Made by a program: the position numbers and the translations under genes
In this document: piece by piece, positions 48,504 through 60,435 of the stretch
Numbering within the stretch: the first letter of the stretch is position 1
Layout: each line of letters begins with the position of its first letter
Assembly (NCBI RefSeq): GCF_001447785.1
Contig: NW_015168111.1
Coordinates: 1 to 64,000, forward strand
DNA: 64,000 bases
Direction: 5' to 3'
Source of the DNA: Gekko japonicus
Taxonomy: Eukaryota
Notes under the pieces: model-generated
What the model saw: only the letters and a program-made list of their open reading frames with translations
Database searches by the model: none
What the model was told of the DNA's origin: nothing

Positions 48504-51500
48504 AACTCAACTGTTCGTATAGAAAGTGACTGGGGGATAGGAAATGTATTTTTATCAGTAAAGGGCATTTTTACCATCCTATTTTATTACACTGTTACTG
48601 AGCAGACACATGATTTTTTAAATATCCATGAAACCTGCATGTATGAATCATTAGCCACCCCATTTAGTATAAAATTGTACATAATTCTGACTCAATATGC
48701 ACAAGGGAAGTATCAGCCCAGCCTACCACAGAGAGTTGCCCAAGATTCTCGTAAGTGATAATGCTATCATTACATCATTCAACAAGATGCAGCTTGTACT
48801 GATTATTTTGTTACCCCCAAGCATTCTACACCCATGATCTTCCAATGTTTCATTGTCATATGGGCTTGGTAATAACTATGTACAAATGGGACCAGGAAGC
48901 CAGGTCCCACACTGCTAATACTGAGTGGTAGATTGGTACCCCCCTCATTATGCCAATTTGGTGTAGTGGTTAGGAACGTGGACTCTAATCTGGGAGACCT
49001 GGGTTTGATTCCTTGCTCCTCCACATGCAGCTGCTGGTGTGACCGTGGGTCAGTTACAAGTTCTTTCAGAGCTGTTCTTTCAAGGACAGGTCTTGGGAGA
49101 GCTCTCTCAGCACCACCTACCTCACAGGGTGTCTGTCGTGGTAATGGGAAGGGAAAGGAGATTGTAAAGTGCTCTGAGACTCCTTCAGGTAGTGAAGGGT
49201 GGGGTATAAATCCAATCTCTTCTTCTTCTTCTTCTTTTATGCCATACCAATAATTGTATGAGTGACTTAGCTGGAGAACTAAGCCTTGGCTCATATGGTT
49301 AAGACGCTGAACTGCAGGCTGTGGAAGGTCAGTAGTTCAGCAGTTAGAGACCCAAGTGTGCCGCGTGATGGAGTGAGCTCCTGTCTCTAGTTCCAGCTCC
49401 TGCCAACCTAGCAGTTCAAAAGCAAGAAATGGCAAGTAGATAAATAGGTACCACTTCAGTGGGAGGGTAACAGCATTCCATGCACCTTGGTGTTTAGTCA
49501 TGCCAGCCACATGACCACAGAAATGTCTTCAGACAGCGCTGGCTCGTCGGCTTTGAAACGGAGATGAGCACCGCAACCCTAGAGTCAGACTCGACTGGCT
49601 TTTGAGCAAGGGAACCTTTACCTAAGGGAAATGACAGTGTTGATAAAGAAAACAGAAGAATGGACAATGGCATAGAGGGCAATGTAAGTTTAACGCTTCT
49701 ATTTGGGGAGGGGCCATGGCTCAGTAGTAAAGCATCTGCTTGACATGCAGAAGGTTCCAGGTTCAATCCTCAGCATCTCCAGTTAAAGGATCTGGCAGTA
49801 GATGACATGAAAGGACCTCTGCCTGAGACCCTGGAGAGCCGCTGCTAGTCTGAATAGACAATAATTACTTTGATGGACCAAGGTCTTATTCAGTATGAAG
49901 CAGCTTCATGTGTTCATGTGCCTGGTCACTGGCTATGTACAGCATTGGAAAACTCGAGGAACTTTTTTAAGGAGGTGGAATTAACTGAGTGAGGTCCCCT
50001 TTGGATAGCAAATGACAGTTCTCCCTAATGCATTAAATGAAAAGAAGTTGCTGATATAATTTGCAAATCAAAGGAAGCATCTTAATTTGCTAAGAAACAG
50101 TGCTTACCTATAGAATGTTTTAGGGATATCTCATTCTATTGAGTGTTAGTTGCAAAGAGAAACACCTGGTTACTCTTAACTCAACTGTTCGTATAGAAAG
50201 TGACTGGCGGATAGTAAATGTATTTTTATCAGTAAAATGCATTTTTACCATCCTATTTTATTATGCTGTTATTGAGCAGACACGTGATTTTTTAATATCC
50301 ATGAAACCTGCATGTATGAATCATTAGCCACCCCATTTAGTATAAAATAGTACATAATTCTGACTCAATATGCACAAGGGAAGTATCAGCCCAGCCTACC
50401 ACAGAGAGTTGCCCAAGATTCTCGTAAGTGATAATGCTATCATTACATCATTCAACAAGATGCAGCTTGTACTGATTATTTTGTTACCCCCAAGCATTCT
50501 ACACCCATGATCTTCCAATGTTTCATTGTCATATGGGCTTGGTAATAACTATGTACAAATGGGACCAGGAAGCCAGGTCCCACACTGCTAATACTGAGTG
50601 GTAGATTGGTACCCCCCTCATTATGCCAATTTGGTGTAGTGGTTAGGAACGTGGACTCTAATCTGGGAGAACTGGGTTTGATTCCCTGCTCCTCCACGTG
50701 CAGGTGCTGGTTTGACCGTGGGTCAGTTACAAGTTCTTTCAGAGCTGTTCTTTCAAGGACAGGTCTTGAGAGAGCTCTCCCAGCCCCACCTACCTCACAG
50801 GGTGTTTGTTGTGGGGAGGGGAAGGGAAAGGAGACTGTAAAGTGCTCTGAGACTCCTTCAGGTAGTGAAGGGTGGGGTATAAATCCAATCTCTTCTTCTT
50901 CTTTTATGCCATACCAATGAATTATATGAGTGACTTAGCTGGAGAACTAAGCCTTTACTATGTGCTGCTAAGCAGTAGTTTTGTCTTCTGGGTTTATGGA
51001 ACATTAAGGGAAATGACAGTGCTGATTAAGAAAACAGAAGAGTGGACAATGGCATAGAGGGCAATGTAAGTTTAACACTTCTATTTGGGGAGGGGCCATG
51101 GCTCAGTGGTAAAGCATCTGCTTGACATGCAGAAGGTCCCAGGTTCAATCCTCAGCATCTCCAGTTAAAGGATCTGGCAGTAGGTGACATGAAAGGACCT
51201 CTGCCTGAGACCCTGAGGAGAGCCGCTGCTAGTCTGAATAGACAATACTGACTTTGATGGACCAAGGTCTGATTCAGTATGAAGCAGCTTCATGTGTTCA
51301 TGTGCCTGGTCACTGGCTATGTACAGCATTGGAAAACTCGAGAAACTGTTTTAAGGAGGTGGAATTAACTGAGTGAGGTCCCCTTCGGATAGCAAATGAC
51401 AATTCTTCCTAATGCATTAAATGAAAAGAATTTGCTGATATCATTTGCAAATCAAAGGTAGCATCATAATCAGCTAAGAAACAGTGCTTACCTATATAAT

Positions 51501-51561
51501 GTTTTAGGGTTATCTCATTCTATTGAGCGTTTGTTGCAAAGAGAAACACCTGGTTACTCTT
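48504..51561. repeat. Tandem duplication 48504-50177 / 50178-51561 upstream of OR-6
   Basis: Head-to-tail junction ...ggttactctt|aactcaactg; each copy carries Squam3- and Squam2-like SINEs. Confidence 0.92.
49288..49622 (+). mobile_element. Near full-length Sauria SINE
   Basis: tRNA-like head, ctcctgccaacctagcagttc core, acctttacct tail; present only in duplicate copy 1. Confidence 0.9.
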
Positions 51562-51880
51562 GTTCTCTTTTCTGGGTTTTTTCCCTTCTCCCTTCTGTTT
51601 CTGATAATCTTTTTTGCTGGCCTGAAATGCAAGGTATTGTGCCTCTCATGCCTTCTATGCAAATCCAGCTGTTGTTCCTTTTCTCCATTTCTTTTATAGG
51701 TGTCACAAAAGATACTTTTATACCCTGATTAGGATACCTCCTATCATTCCCCTTTGTTTTTGTGGAGACCTCTGAGATAACATCTCCAAGGAGATTCATT
51801 GTGTTGTTGCACATCACTGAAATGTGGACCCAGCCCCCAAGGTCATACTCTAGTGGGAATCATTCCAATGGGAACCAATT
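51486..51880 (-). promoter_or_regulatory. Candidate OR-6 promoter/exon 1
   Basis: O/E-like palindromes tctccaaggaga (~51783) and ttccaatgggaa (~51863), minus-strand TATAAAA near 51695, donor AG|GTAAGC at 51491. Confidence 0.4.
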
Positions 51881-51924
51881 CAAAATGTTTATGTTTAGGT
51901 TCCAGGTGGGAAGCACTGTCAAAT

Positions 51925-52135
51925 TGCAGATCACTCATGGCACAGCCAACTTATGGCAACTCCATAGGGTTTTCAAGGCAAGAGATGAACAGAGGTGCCT
52001 TACTGGTGTCAGCTTCTGCATAGCAACCCTGGCCTTCCTTGGTGGTGTACCATTCAAATACTGACTAGGGCCAACCCTGTTTAGCAGTCCAGATCTGATG
52101 AGATAGAGCTAGCCTGGGCCATCCAAGTCAAGTTC
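51925..52135 (-). mobile_element. 5S rRNA-derived SINE with RTE-like tail
   Basis: Reverse complement has a 5S-like ctcatcagatctgg...ctaaacagggtt head and a ttgccttgaaaaccctatgg tail. Confidence 0.7.
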
Positions 52136-52864
52136 TTGAGGGATTCATTACTTGCCTTTTCTAGAATGAAAGGTTGTTTATAATATAATAAAATATACAA
52201 TTCCCTAAAAATTAATAATTGATACCAGACAAAAATATCATTTACAACAATGACATAACCACAGTTTCTTGGAGAAACCAACCATAAACATGCCACCATG
52301 TGATTCACCAATGAAACTCACTTTAAAAGGGTTGGCAGTTTACATAACCTTTACAAGAACTAAGTAGTGAGATTGACATCATTATTTCAATGGAGAGCTG
52401 GTTCCACAAGGCAGATGTAGCCGCGGAAAAAACTCTGTTTCACACAGGACCACATCCTGCTCATAGAACTTCCAATGTACTTCAGTGATCATTTGCAAGT
52501 GGATCTTACCATTTCACACAGTAAAATCCAGTACAAAAAGTAGACTGAAAGTGCATTATTCATCATGTGTGAAAGAGCCCTGAGAATTGTTTTATGACTG
52601 TTTTAAGATTGTTTTATAACTGTTATTTATGTGTTGAATTTTATGTAAGCTGCCCTGAGCCTGCTTGTCGGGGAGGGAGGGGTATAAATTGAATGAATGA
52701 ATGAATGCATGAATAGAACTCAGCGATGTTGGGCCATCTTATGGACCCAATCTAGCATTGCCAACTGCCTGGTGGGAAAACATGCTTTCCTGTTAATAGA
52801 GCCTTAATGTTTAGAAATGGTATTTGTAGTTTTTCATTGCATGGAGGTAAATAGCATCCCTTTC

Positions 52865-55560
52865 AACAGCTTTACCTGGTTAGCCAGCTGCAGCTGTCCC
52901 TGGGCAGGAGAGATCTTGCTACCATGGTGCATGCCCTGATAATATCTAGATTATATTACAGCAGTGCACTCTACAAGGGACTGCTATTGAAAACTGTCCA
53001 GAAGCTACAGTTGGTACAGAATGTTGCAGGCAGAATGTTGATTGGAGTGGGACATGGGGAACCATATCACTCCAGTCTTTTTCCATCTAAACTGAGTCCC
53101 AATTTACTTCCAGGCCCAATTCATGGTACATTGCACTGGTATTGACTTTTTAATACTCTTTTTATTAATTTTCAAAAGGAAATAACAAAGAAAATCATAC
53201 ATTGTTTTCACATCCCAGAAAACCAGAAGGCAAAAGACTAGAAAAAAGAAAAAAAATAACGAAAAAAATAACATATAAATAATAATCAATTATTCATTCC
53301 ATCTCTCTAATAAGTTATCATCTCATTGATTTTACAGATCACGTACTTCATGCCTCTCTACAAATTTACCAAAATTTATTTACTAAATTATCAAATATCT
53401 CCGCATGGATCTACATTTAAGATATTAGATACCTAATTTTTAATAAACCACTTTATTGAATGTACCTTGCTAATTAAAAATCTATCTAGATCCAACTGTT
53501 TTCACCCAAGCTCCAATTTAAATTTGTCATTCATTCATTGGTATCGATATAACCTACTCATAATACTGCAGGAATGATGGCAACTCACCCAAGAGACAAA
53601 AAGAACCATCACTTACTTCCTCTTTCACATTTTCCATTTTGATCACTTCTTAAATGAGGGAGCAAACAAACAGTTAAATTCCTATCTACCATAGAGAAAA
53701 GATTATACCCAAATTTTTCTTTGTTTATTTTGTTGTTGGCAGCCTGCAAAACTATGTCTATGATATTCATTGTCTTGTTATTTTTTTTAAATTTTTGTTA
53801 ATAATTTAAAGATCAATATCTTTAAAATTTCTTTTTCTTAAGCTAATTTACACAGGGGAGGGGAATACATACCTTGTTTTAACTACCATTTACAACCCAA
53901 ATAAAAACCAGTATTTCATTTAATCATATCTTCCATCTTCAGTCTTAAAAATCAATATAACTCCTATAAATAGTGAAACAATGATCCCAAACCATATCAT
54001 GAAAAATAAACAAATTAACCTACCCCAGCATCTTCTTTTAACATTTCATTACAAACAAAATCTGTGTACAGTTTCTTCACAATGTCCTTTCCCTTATCAA
54101 AAGCCATCATTTATCAAAGTTGAAAAAATATATTACAGACTAAATCATAACATAATTTCAATTCCCCCCCCATCTTTGTTTCCTCTTTCTTTTCCCCAAC
54201 TTCTTTCTGATGTCTAAAATTCTTGTATTCTTGGTCTCTTAGTTTCAGACTTGATCTTTCCTTTTTCCATGTAGCATTTATCACTCTTTTGGGGATTTTA
54301 GAGTTCTTTCCTCCAACTTTTAACTCCTTTTTTTTAGTCACCTTCTTTCTCTTTCTCCTTTGTACATCAATGTCCTTTTTTACTTTTTTTTTTTTGCTTC
54401 GATCTTATTTGGTCATTCTGCTGATGTTTTCTATATACCTCTGATTCATGAGTTACATTCTGCGCGATCCCTTGTCTCTTATCCCGTAGCTCCCTCTCCT
54501 GGCTATAATCTTGTAATTCAGCCGTAGCTTGCAAATGCAGACTAGATTCTCTGTTTTCACCAATGTCTACAAATTTATTCCTAGATTCTTTCAATAAGGA
54601 CTTACAGGCTGTTTCAACAGCTTCTTTAATTGTAGTTGACAAGAATCTCTTGAATTGTTCAAAGGTTAGGTCTTCCACTAACATATTCAAATCCCATTCT
54701 TCCTCTTCCTCATAGGTCACCATTTTCTTGTTATTTTGTTATTCTTTTACATTTTATTCACCAGTATTTAAGTATAATGTTCAAGATATCCATATGTTCT
54801 AACAGTCTTACTTTCAACTGACAATATAACTATGAATTTTTAAAGCAGTTTATTTTTCTGAGTTCTTACCCCCTTTTTTTGGCACCATACAGTCTTTCCC
54901 CTGGTCCCTATGTAGCCGCTTTCTTATATGCTTTAGGGGTAATTAAAGGGGGTTTTCTATGCTCTGTATTAATTTTTGCATTGCATGAAGTACACGAAAA
55001 GCATTTTCCCAATTAAATTCACTTAAAGTATCATTTCTTGTTGCAATGTGTTGCTTAAAGATAAAAACAATTATTGATTAAAACCGGCCCGGTTGCTGCT
55101 ATGAAAACCATGGCGGCAGCCATGTTTTCTCCTCCTCTGCGCTCCTGCATCAGAGCGCAATGTCAACACCCCCGCGATTTGCTGTCCATCAGGGGTGAGC
55201 GAAGAAGCCTCTTGCAACTTTGCCTTCCTTCAGGAAGCAAAGCGGGGCTCCCCCATTAGCATGGGGGGCTCCAAAAGAACGCAATGGGATCGGGCGGCTC
55301 AGAGAAAGCCAAGACCCATCCGCTCACTGCGCCGCATTGGAAAGGCACTGGTATTGACTTTAAAATCTTAGGACTAGCATACCTGAAGGACCACAAACCC
55401 ACAAATGAAACTATCCAACCTCTCAGGTCCTCTTTGGAGGCCCTGCTTTGGGTCCCCCCACCATCTGAGGCTAGAAAACTGACAACCCAATAAAAGACCT
55501 TCTCAATCAAGACACCAGATCTTTGGAATTACCTCCCCAGGGAGATTCATCTGTCTCCAT
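52865..55560 (+). mobile_element. L2 LINE fragment split by a 2.2-kb insertion
   Basis: DLATMVHALIISRLYYSSALYKGL...QKLQLVQNVA up to ~53149; the L2 resumes at 55345 (GLAYLKDH). Confidence 0.8.
53150..55344 (-). mobile_element. Full-length non-autonomous L1-type retroelement (~2.2 kb)
   Basis: 17-bp TSD gcactggtattgacttt (53133-53149, 55345-55361); CpG-rich 5' end; charged ORF remnant 54723-54114; AATAAA and A tail; no RT motifs seen. Confidence 0.75.
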
Positions 55561-57099
55561 CTTTGTCTTTTGTCCGCAGATGAAGACTGTATTTGTTTTG
55601 TTTGGTGTTCCCTCACTAATTCTTATTAGCCCTCCTCTCTGTGTGTTTTTAAGTGTTTATGTGTTTGTATTATGTTTTATTTGTTCAGTCTTTATGCACC
55701 ATTAGTGGCTCTTCCATTGGATGAAGACAACTGAAGATAGACGGAAAGGCTGGAGGAAGGGACCCTGGACAAAGGTGGATCCATACCATAGTTTATATTC
55801 AAATAGGCTAATTTACATCATCATTCCCCCAAACAGGGCATTTATCGTGGCTTTGTGTCACAATGCATTTATTTTTATGTCAGGAGATTCATCCTGAGCA
55901 AGGAAAGAACTTACTACATGATAGTTCTCCACAATGCTGGGAGAAAGTTATGTCTGTTTTTACATTAAAAATGCTCTTAAACTTGAGATCTCTTGATCTA
56001 TAGCCTCATAACAATTGTATCATATATGATATGAGATTCTGGAGGAAGATAGAATTTGAATAAATAAATGAAATAAAGATTTGAATAAATAAATGAAATA
56101 AAGATGTAGCACATGCAACATCAGACTGTACCATTCTTGCAATAAATAATAAAAATTTATATATTCAAACACATGGTTGGATCCAGCCAAACTTTTTCTT
56201 CAGTCTAACCCAGCCTCTTGCTTATACAGTTTCCATCTCATACAGTTTGTGGCCATAGAGATAACATCATCTGCAGCATAGTCTTTTTGGATGGACAAAT
56301 GTTACCCTCCATTCCTTTGCACCAGCAGAAAATCAGGTTGGCTTCAATCTATCACATGTACCTGTGGAATAAGAACCTATGTTGTATGTTAAGAAGGCAC
56401 ACGAGAAATTTGCATAAAACACGTTTTTATTACCGTACTACACATAATAATACATTTGAAAACAAAGAGTTGTTCGATGGAAATTTCACCTAAGTAAAAT
56501 ATGAATCAAATTTCAGGGTTTCTTCTCAGGTGAAATTTTTGAAAAAATCTACATATGACAATAGATTTTTTTAAATAATGCAATTTCTCAGAGGATATTT
56601 ATACCTCCCTAGGTTGTTTCTGGTTGTTAATGAAAGCTAATTTGGAGATTCCTTTTCAAGTGATATATCTGATATGTTTAAGAGATGCCAAAAAAAAAGT
56701 TTGAAACAACCCATGGTCATTCTCACAGGATTTTGTATTTCCCTATATCCACATAATCTTTTGAAGCTAACATTCAGACTAAGTTGGATGTTTACTACTG
56801 CTGTTCAGTGGCTCAGTGATAGAACATCTACTTGGCATGTAGAAGGCCCCAGGTTCAGTCCCCCGCACCTCCACATAAAAGGATCAGGTACTAATAGTAG
56901 GTGATGTGAAAGAACTCTACATAAACCCCTGGAGACAAGTCTAAATAGAGAGAACTAACTTTGATGGATCAAGGGTCTGAGTCAGTATAAGGTATTGTGT
57001 GAATCAATGTGTACTTCTGTTATTACTACTAATAATGATAACAGAGAAACTTTCTCTTAGACTCATTTTTTAAAGAAATACAAAGTGGAAAGGAACCAT

Positions 57100-58113
57100 T
57101 CAATTCAGCACATGACGATTCTTCCTTTTTATAATGAAAACATGATTAGTTTCTGACTTTCTGGTACCGACAAGAGAAGAACATTTCCTGAAAAGCCTTT
57201 GCGTGGATTCCTTTACCTCTTTGTTTCGAAAGCTATATATGAGGGGGTTGATTAGAGGAGTCAGGACAGTATAAAACAGAGAGAAAATTTTGTTTGTATA
57301 GTTCAGTGATGGGGTATCTGGTATCATATACACAACAATTAGGGTCCCATAATATAAGGTCACAACAATAAGGTGGGAAGAGCAAGTGGAAAAGGCCTTT
57401 TGCTTTCCAGCTGTAGATGGGATTTTTAGGACGGTGGTAACAATGTAAACATAGGAAATCAGGGTCAAGAGAAATGGAATCAGTGAAAATGTGAAGGAGC
57501 ATATAAAAGCCACAATCTTCAGCAGAATTATGTCACTACAGGAGAGATTAAGCAGTGGTCCAAAATCACAGAAATAGCTATCAATTTCACTGGGTCCACA
57601 GAAAGTTATTTGCATTATTAAGACAATGACAATAGCAATGGCTAGAAATCCGCTTAGCCAAGACAGACTTGCCAGTTGGCAACATAATCCATCCTGCATA
57701 AGGACAGTGTAGTTAAGAGGCTTGCATATGGCTATGTACCGATCATAAGACATTACAGATAACAAACAGCATTCAGTAGTTACCAGTGAAGCAATGAGGT
57801 AAAACTGTGCAATGCAGCCATTAACAGAAAGTCTTTTCTCTCCAGTTATGAGGCTGGCCAACATCCTAAGTAAGATGGTTGAACTGTAGAAGATCTCCAA
57901 GCAAGACAGATTCCCTAGGAAGTAGTACATGGGTTTGTGAAGATGCCGATCTGAAACAACTAGTACAACTAAGAGGGTATTACCAGCCATGGTAATGATG
58001 TAGGTGGAGAGAAACACCAGGAAGAGAAGAGTCTGAAACTGAGGGGATGTTTCAAATCCTAGAAGAATGAATTCTGTGATGATTGTTTGGTTTTTCCACT
58101 CTGTAATTGCCAT
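57100..58113 (-). CDS. Olfactory receptor, class II (OR-7), open frame, 337 aa
   Basis: LHKPMYYFLGNLS, MSYDRYIAICKPLNY, KAFSTCSSHL, PLINPLIYSFRN; extended C-terminal tail. Confidence 0.93.
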   Translation of the reverse strand: MAITEWKNQTIITEFILLGFETSPQFQTLLFLVFLSTYIITMAGNTLLVVLVVSDRHLHKPMYYFLGNLSCLEIFYSSTILLRMLASLITGEKRLSVNGCIAQFYLIASLVTTECCLLSVMSYDRYIAICKPLNYTVLMQDGLCCQLASLSWLSGFLAIAIVIVLIMQITFCGPSEIDSYFCDFGPLLNLSCSDIILLKIVAFICSFTFSLIPFLLTLISYVYIVTTVLKIPSTAGKQKAFSTCSSHLIVVTLYYGTLIVVYMIPDTPSLNYTNKIFSLFYTVLTPLINPLIYSFRNKEVKESTQRLFRKCSSLVGTRKSETNHVFIIKRKNRHVLN

Positions 58114-58510
58114 TCATAATAACATGGGGGTAAGTAAGAATACTATAGTGAATCTATTCTGATTCATGAAAACCAAAGAATGTGCCTTCGATGACTTTCA
58201 CATGATGTTGGCTGCAATGACATTGCAAAAAAAAAATCTTCAGAAGAATAATTGTGAGAAGGTTTTTTAAAATATATGAATTTCCAATCTTTAACTTGAA
58301 ATATTTGAAATACTAGCTTAAGCAAAATGAGTTATCTGATGTTCTGGAATTTCAAAACTGTTACCAATGTGTCAGCACTAGACACTGTCATATTTTAAAT
58401 TGTGAAAGACAAACAGAAACTTTAGAAACCCAAATGAAATGCAGTTAACCTAAAGTGATTTGGATTTTCTACCCTGTAATTGATTTTTTAAAAGGCAGTT
58501 TTGTCTTAAA

Positions 58511-59940
58511 TCTATACATATAAAAGAAAGTCCCCTCACCATAAAATCAATGCCCAGGCCAAACCCCTGGATCTAGAAACACAAAATTTGGGGCGAGCAC
58601 TCCTACCATGATGTAGATGCTCACTAAGAAGGGATTTTTAGAAATTCGACCACTGTGGGTCAAAAGGGGTAAAATGTGCTCCCCCCATTGATGTCTATGC
58701 GGCTGCCAGGCTGCTGCCTCCTTGCACCCCCCACTCTCTGATTGGTCAGCTGCAGAGCTCAGTGTTCTAAGGTTAAAAAAACACTTTCAGGGGACTACAG
58801 AGAGCTAATGACAGTTGAGAAAATCAGGAGTGGCCAACTGCCTGTGAGATGAAGCAAAACTGCTGGTCAAGCCTCCCTATGGCTTCAAACATGCTCCCCC
58901 CTCCTGACAGTTGTCCCCCCTCCTGACAGTTGTCTGTCAGGTGAAGCAGCAGTTGCAGGATGCTTAAAGCCACAAGGGAGTTACCGCCCCAGCATTAACA
59001 TCTTAATGATCCTACCAGCCCCACCTCCACAGTAGCTTCTAATACTCCCCCCTCCCCCTCCTACACTGGACAGGCAGCAGCCTGTCAGGTGTCAGAGAAG
59101 AGGTAGGATGCTTACAGTCACCAGGGAGGTTTGCTCAGCAGGATTGCCTTAGCCCTGCTGCTGGCCCAGCCTCCCTGATGCCTTTAAACATGATCCCCCC
59201 CAACACCAGAAAGGCGGGTGACTGTCAGGTGTAGGAGCAGGAGAAGGGTACATTAATCCATCAGGGACACTGCCCCAGCAGGATCACCTTAATGGTGATG
59301 CTGGCCCAGCCTCTCTGATGGCTTCCAACAAACTCCCCCCACCTCCTACACCTAACAGGCAGTTGTCTGTCAGTTGCAGCAGCGGTCGCAGGGTGCTTAA
59401 AACCACGAGGGAGCCCACCCCAGCAGTAATTCTTTAGTGATCCTGCCAGCCCCGTCTCCACAGTGGCTTCTAATACTCCTCCCCCATCCCCCTCCTACAC
59501 TGGACAGGCAGCTTGCCAGGAGGAGACAACTTAGGAATGTGGCAAAGACTGAGCACTGAGGTGCTCAGAACAACACAGTCTCCATACGAGCAAAACAACC
59601 CAGGAACACAGGTAGAGAGGCCTTCACTTTCGTGGAAGGTAGCAGGAACTGACTTAACAGACAACTGTTTCTTAAATGGACAGTTCTATGTGGCCTGCTC
59701 CAGAGTGAGGTCATCAAGCAGCCTGGTGATCCTAGCACCTGAGGGCAGAACCACCAATGTGGTCTACAGAGAAGTCCTTCGGTAGAGGGGGGGAAAGTAC
59801 GACTCACTTCATTTTTTACACTACAATCTTCTCCACTAGAATTCCTACAACAAATGTCAAATTTCAAACTTCACATCATTGGTATTATAACTGGATTTAT
59901 GGAACTTAAATACCATAGTGATGCATGGGTATCAGGCTAG
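58511..59940 (+). mobile_element. Non-autonomous Helitron with helicase C-terminal remnant
   Basis: 5' A|TCTATACATATAAAA; GQFYVACSRV...TTNVVYREVL*; decayed subterminal hairpin (~59910-59932) and CTAG at 59937-59940. Confidence 0.85.
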
Positions 59941-60154
59941 GTAAAGGTTCCCTTGCTCAAAAGCCAGTCGAGTCCGTCTCTAGGGTTGCGGTGCTCATCT
60001 CCGTTTCAAAGCCGAAGAGCCAGCACTGTCCGAAGACGTTTCTGTGGTCATGTGGCTGGCATGACTAAACACCAAGGCGCATGGAACGCTGTTACCTTCC
60101 CACCGAAGTGGTACTTATTTATCTACTTGCAATTTCTTGCTTTCAAACTGCTAG
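59941..60154 (-). mobile_element. Sauria SINE, 5'-truncated, at the Helitron 3' end
   Basis: Matches the reverse complement of 49410-49622. Confidence 0.88.
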
Positions 60155-60435
60155 TATTGAACAAATACTGAATAGATTTTATAAACATTTAATAAATATT
60201 TCTAAGGACTATATTTTATTGTAAACATCATAAATATTGGTTTCTTCTTCTTCCTCATCCTTAATAAACTAGCTCTTGTATTACTTCAATACCTGGGCCC
60301 TGTAGATGCTCAGAACATCGCAATGGTTTTTGTCTGATTTCCATGCAGAAGCTGGAAGAACATTTTGCTTATTTGTGATGCTGAAAACTTTTAGCCTGAC
60401 TTGAGCAATGATATAAATGGATTCTTGAACCACAT

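Noticed and set aside
49704-49780. tRNA genes at SINE heads
   Set aside because: Each continues into a SINE body and tail and is degraded; these are not tRNA genes.
58870-59520. CRISPR-like or novel coding repeat array
   Set aside because: Eukaryotic context; degenerate tandem units without unique spacers, inside Helitron termini.
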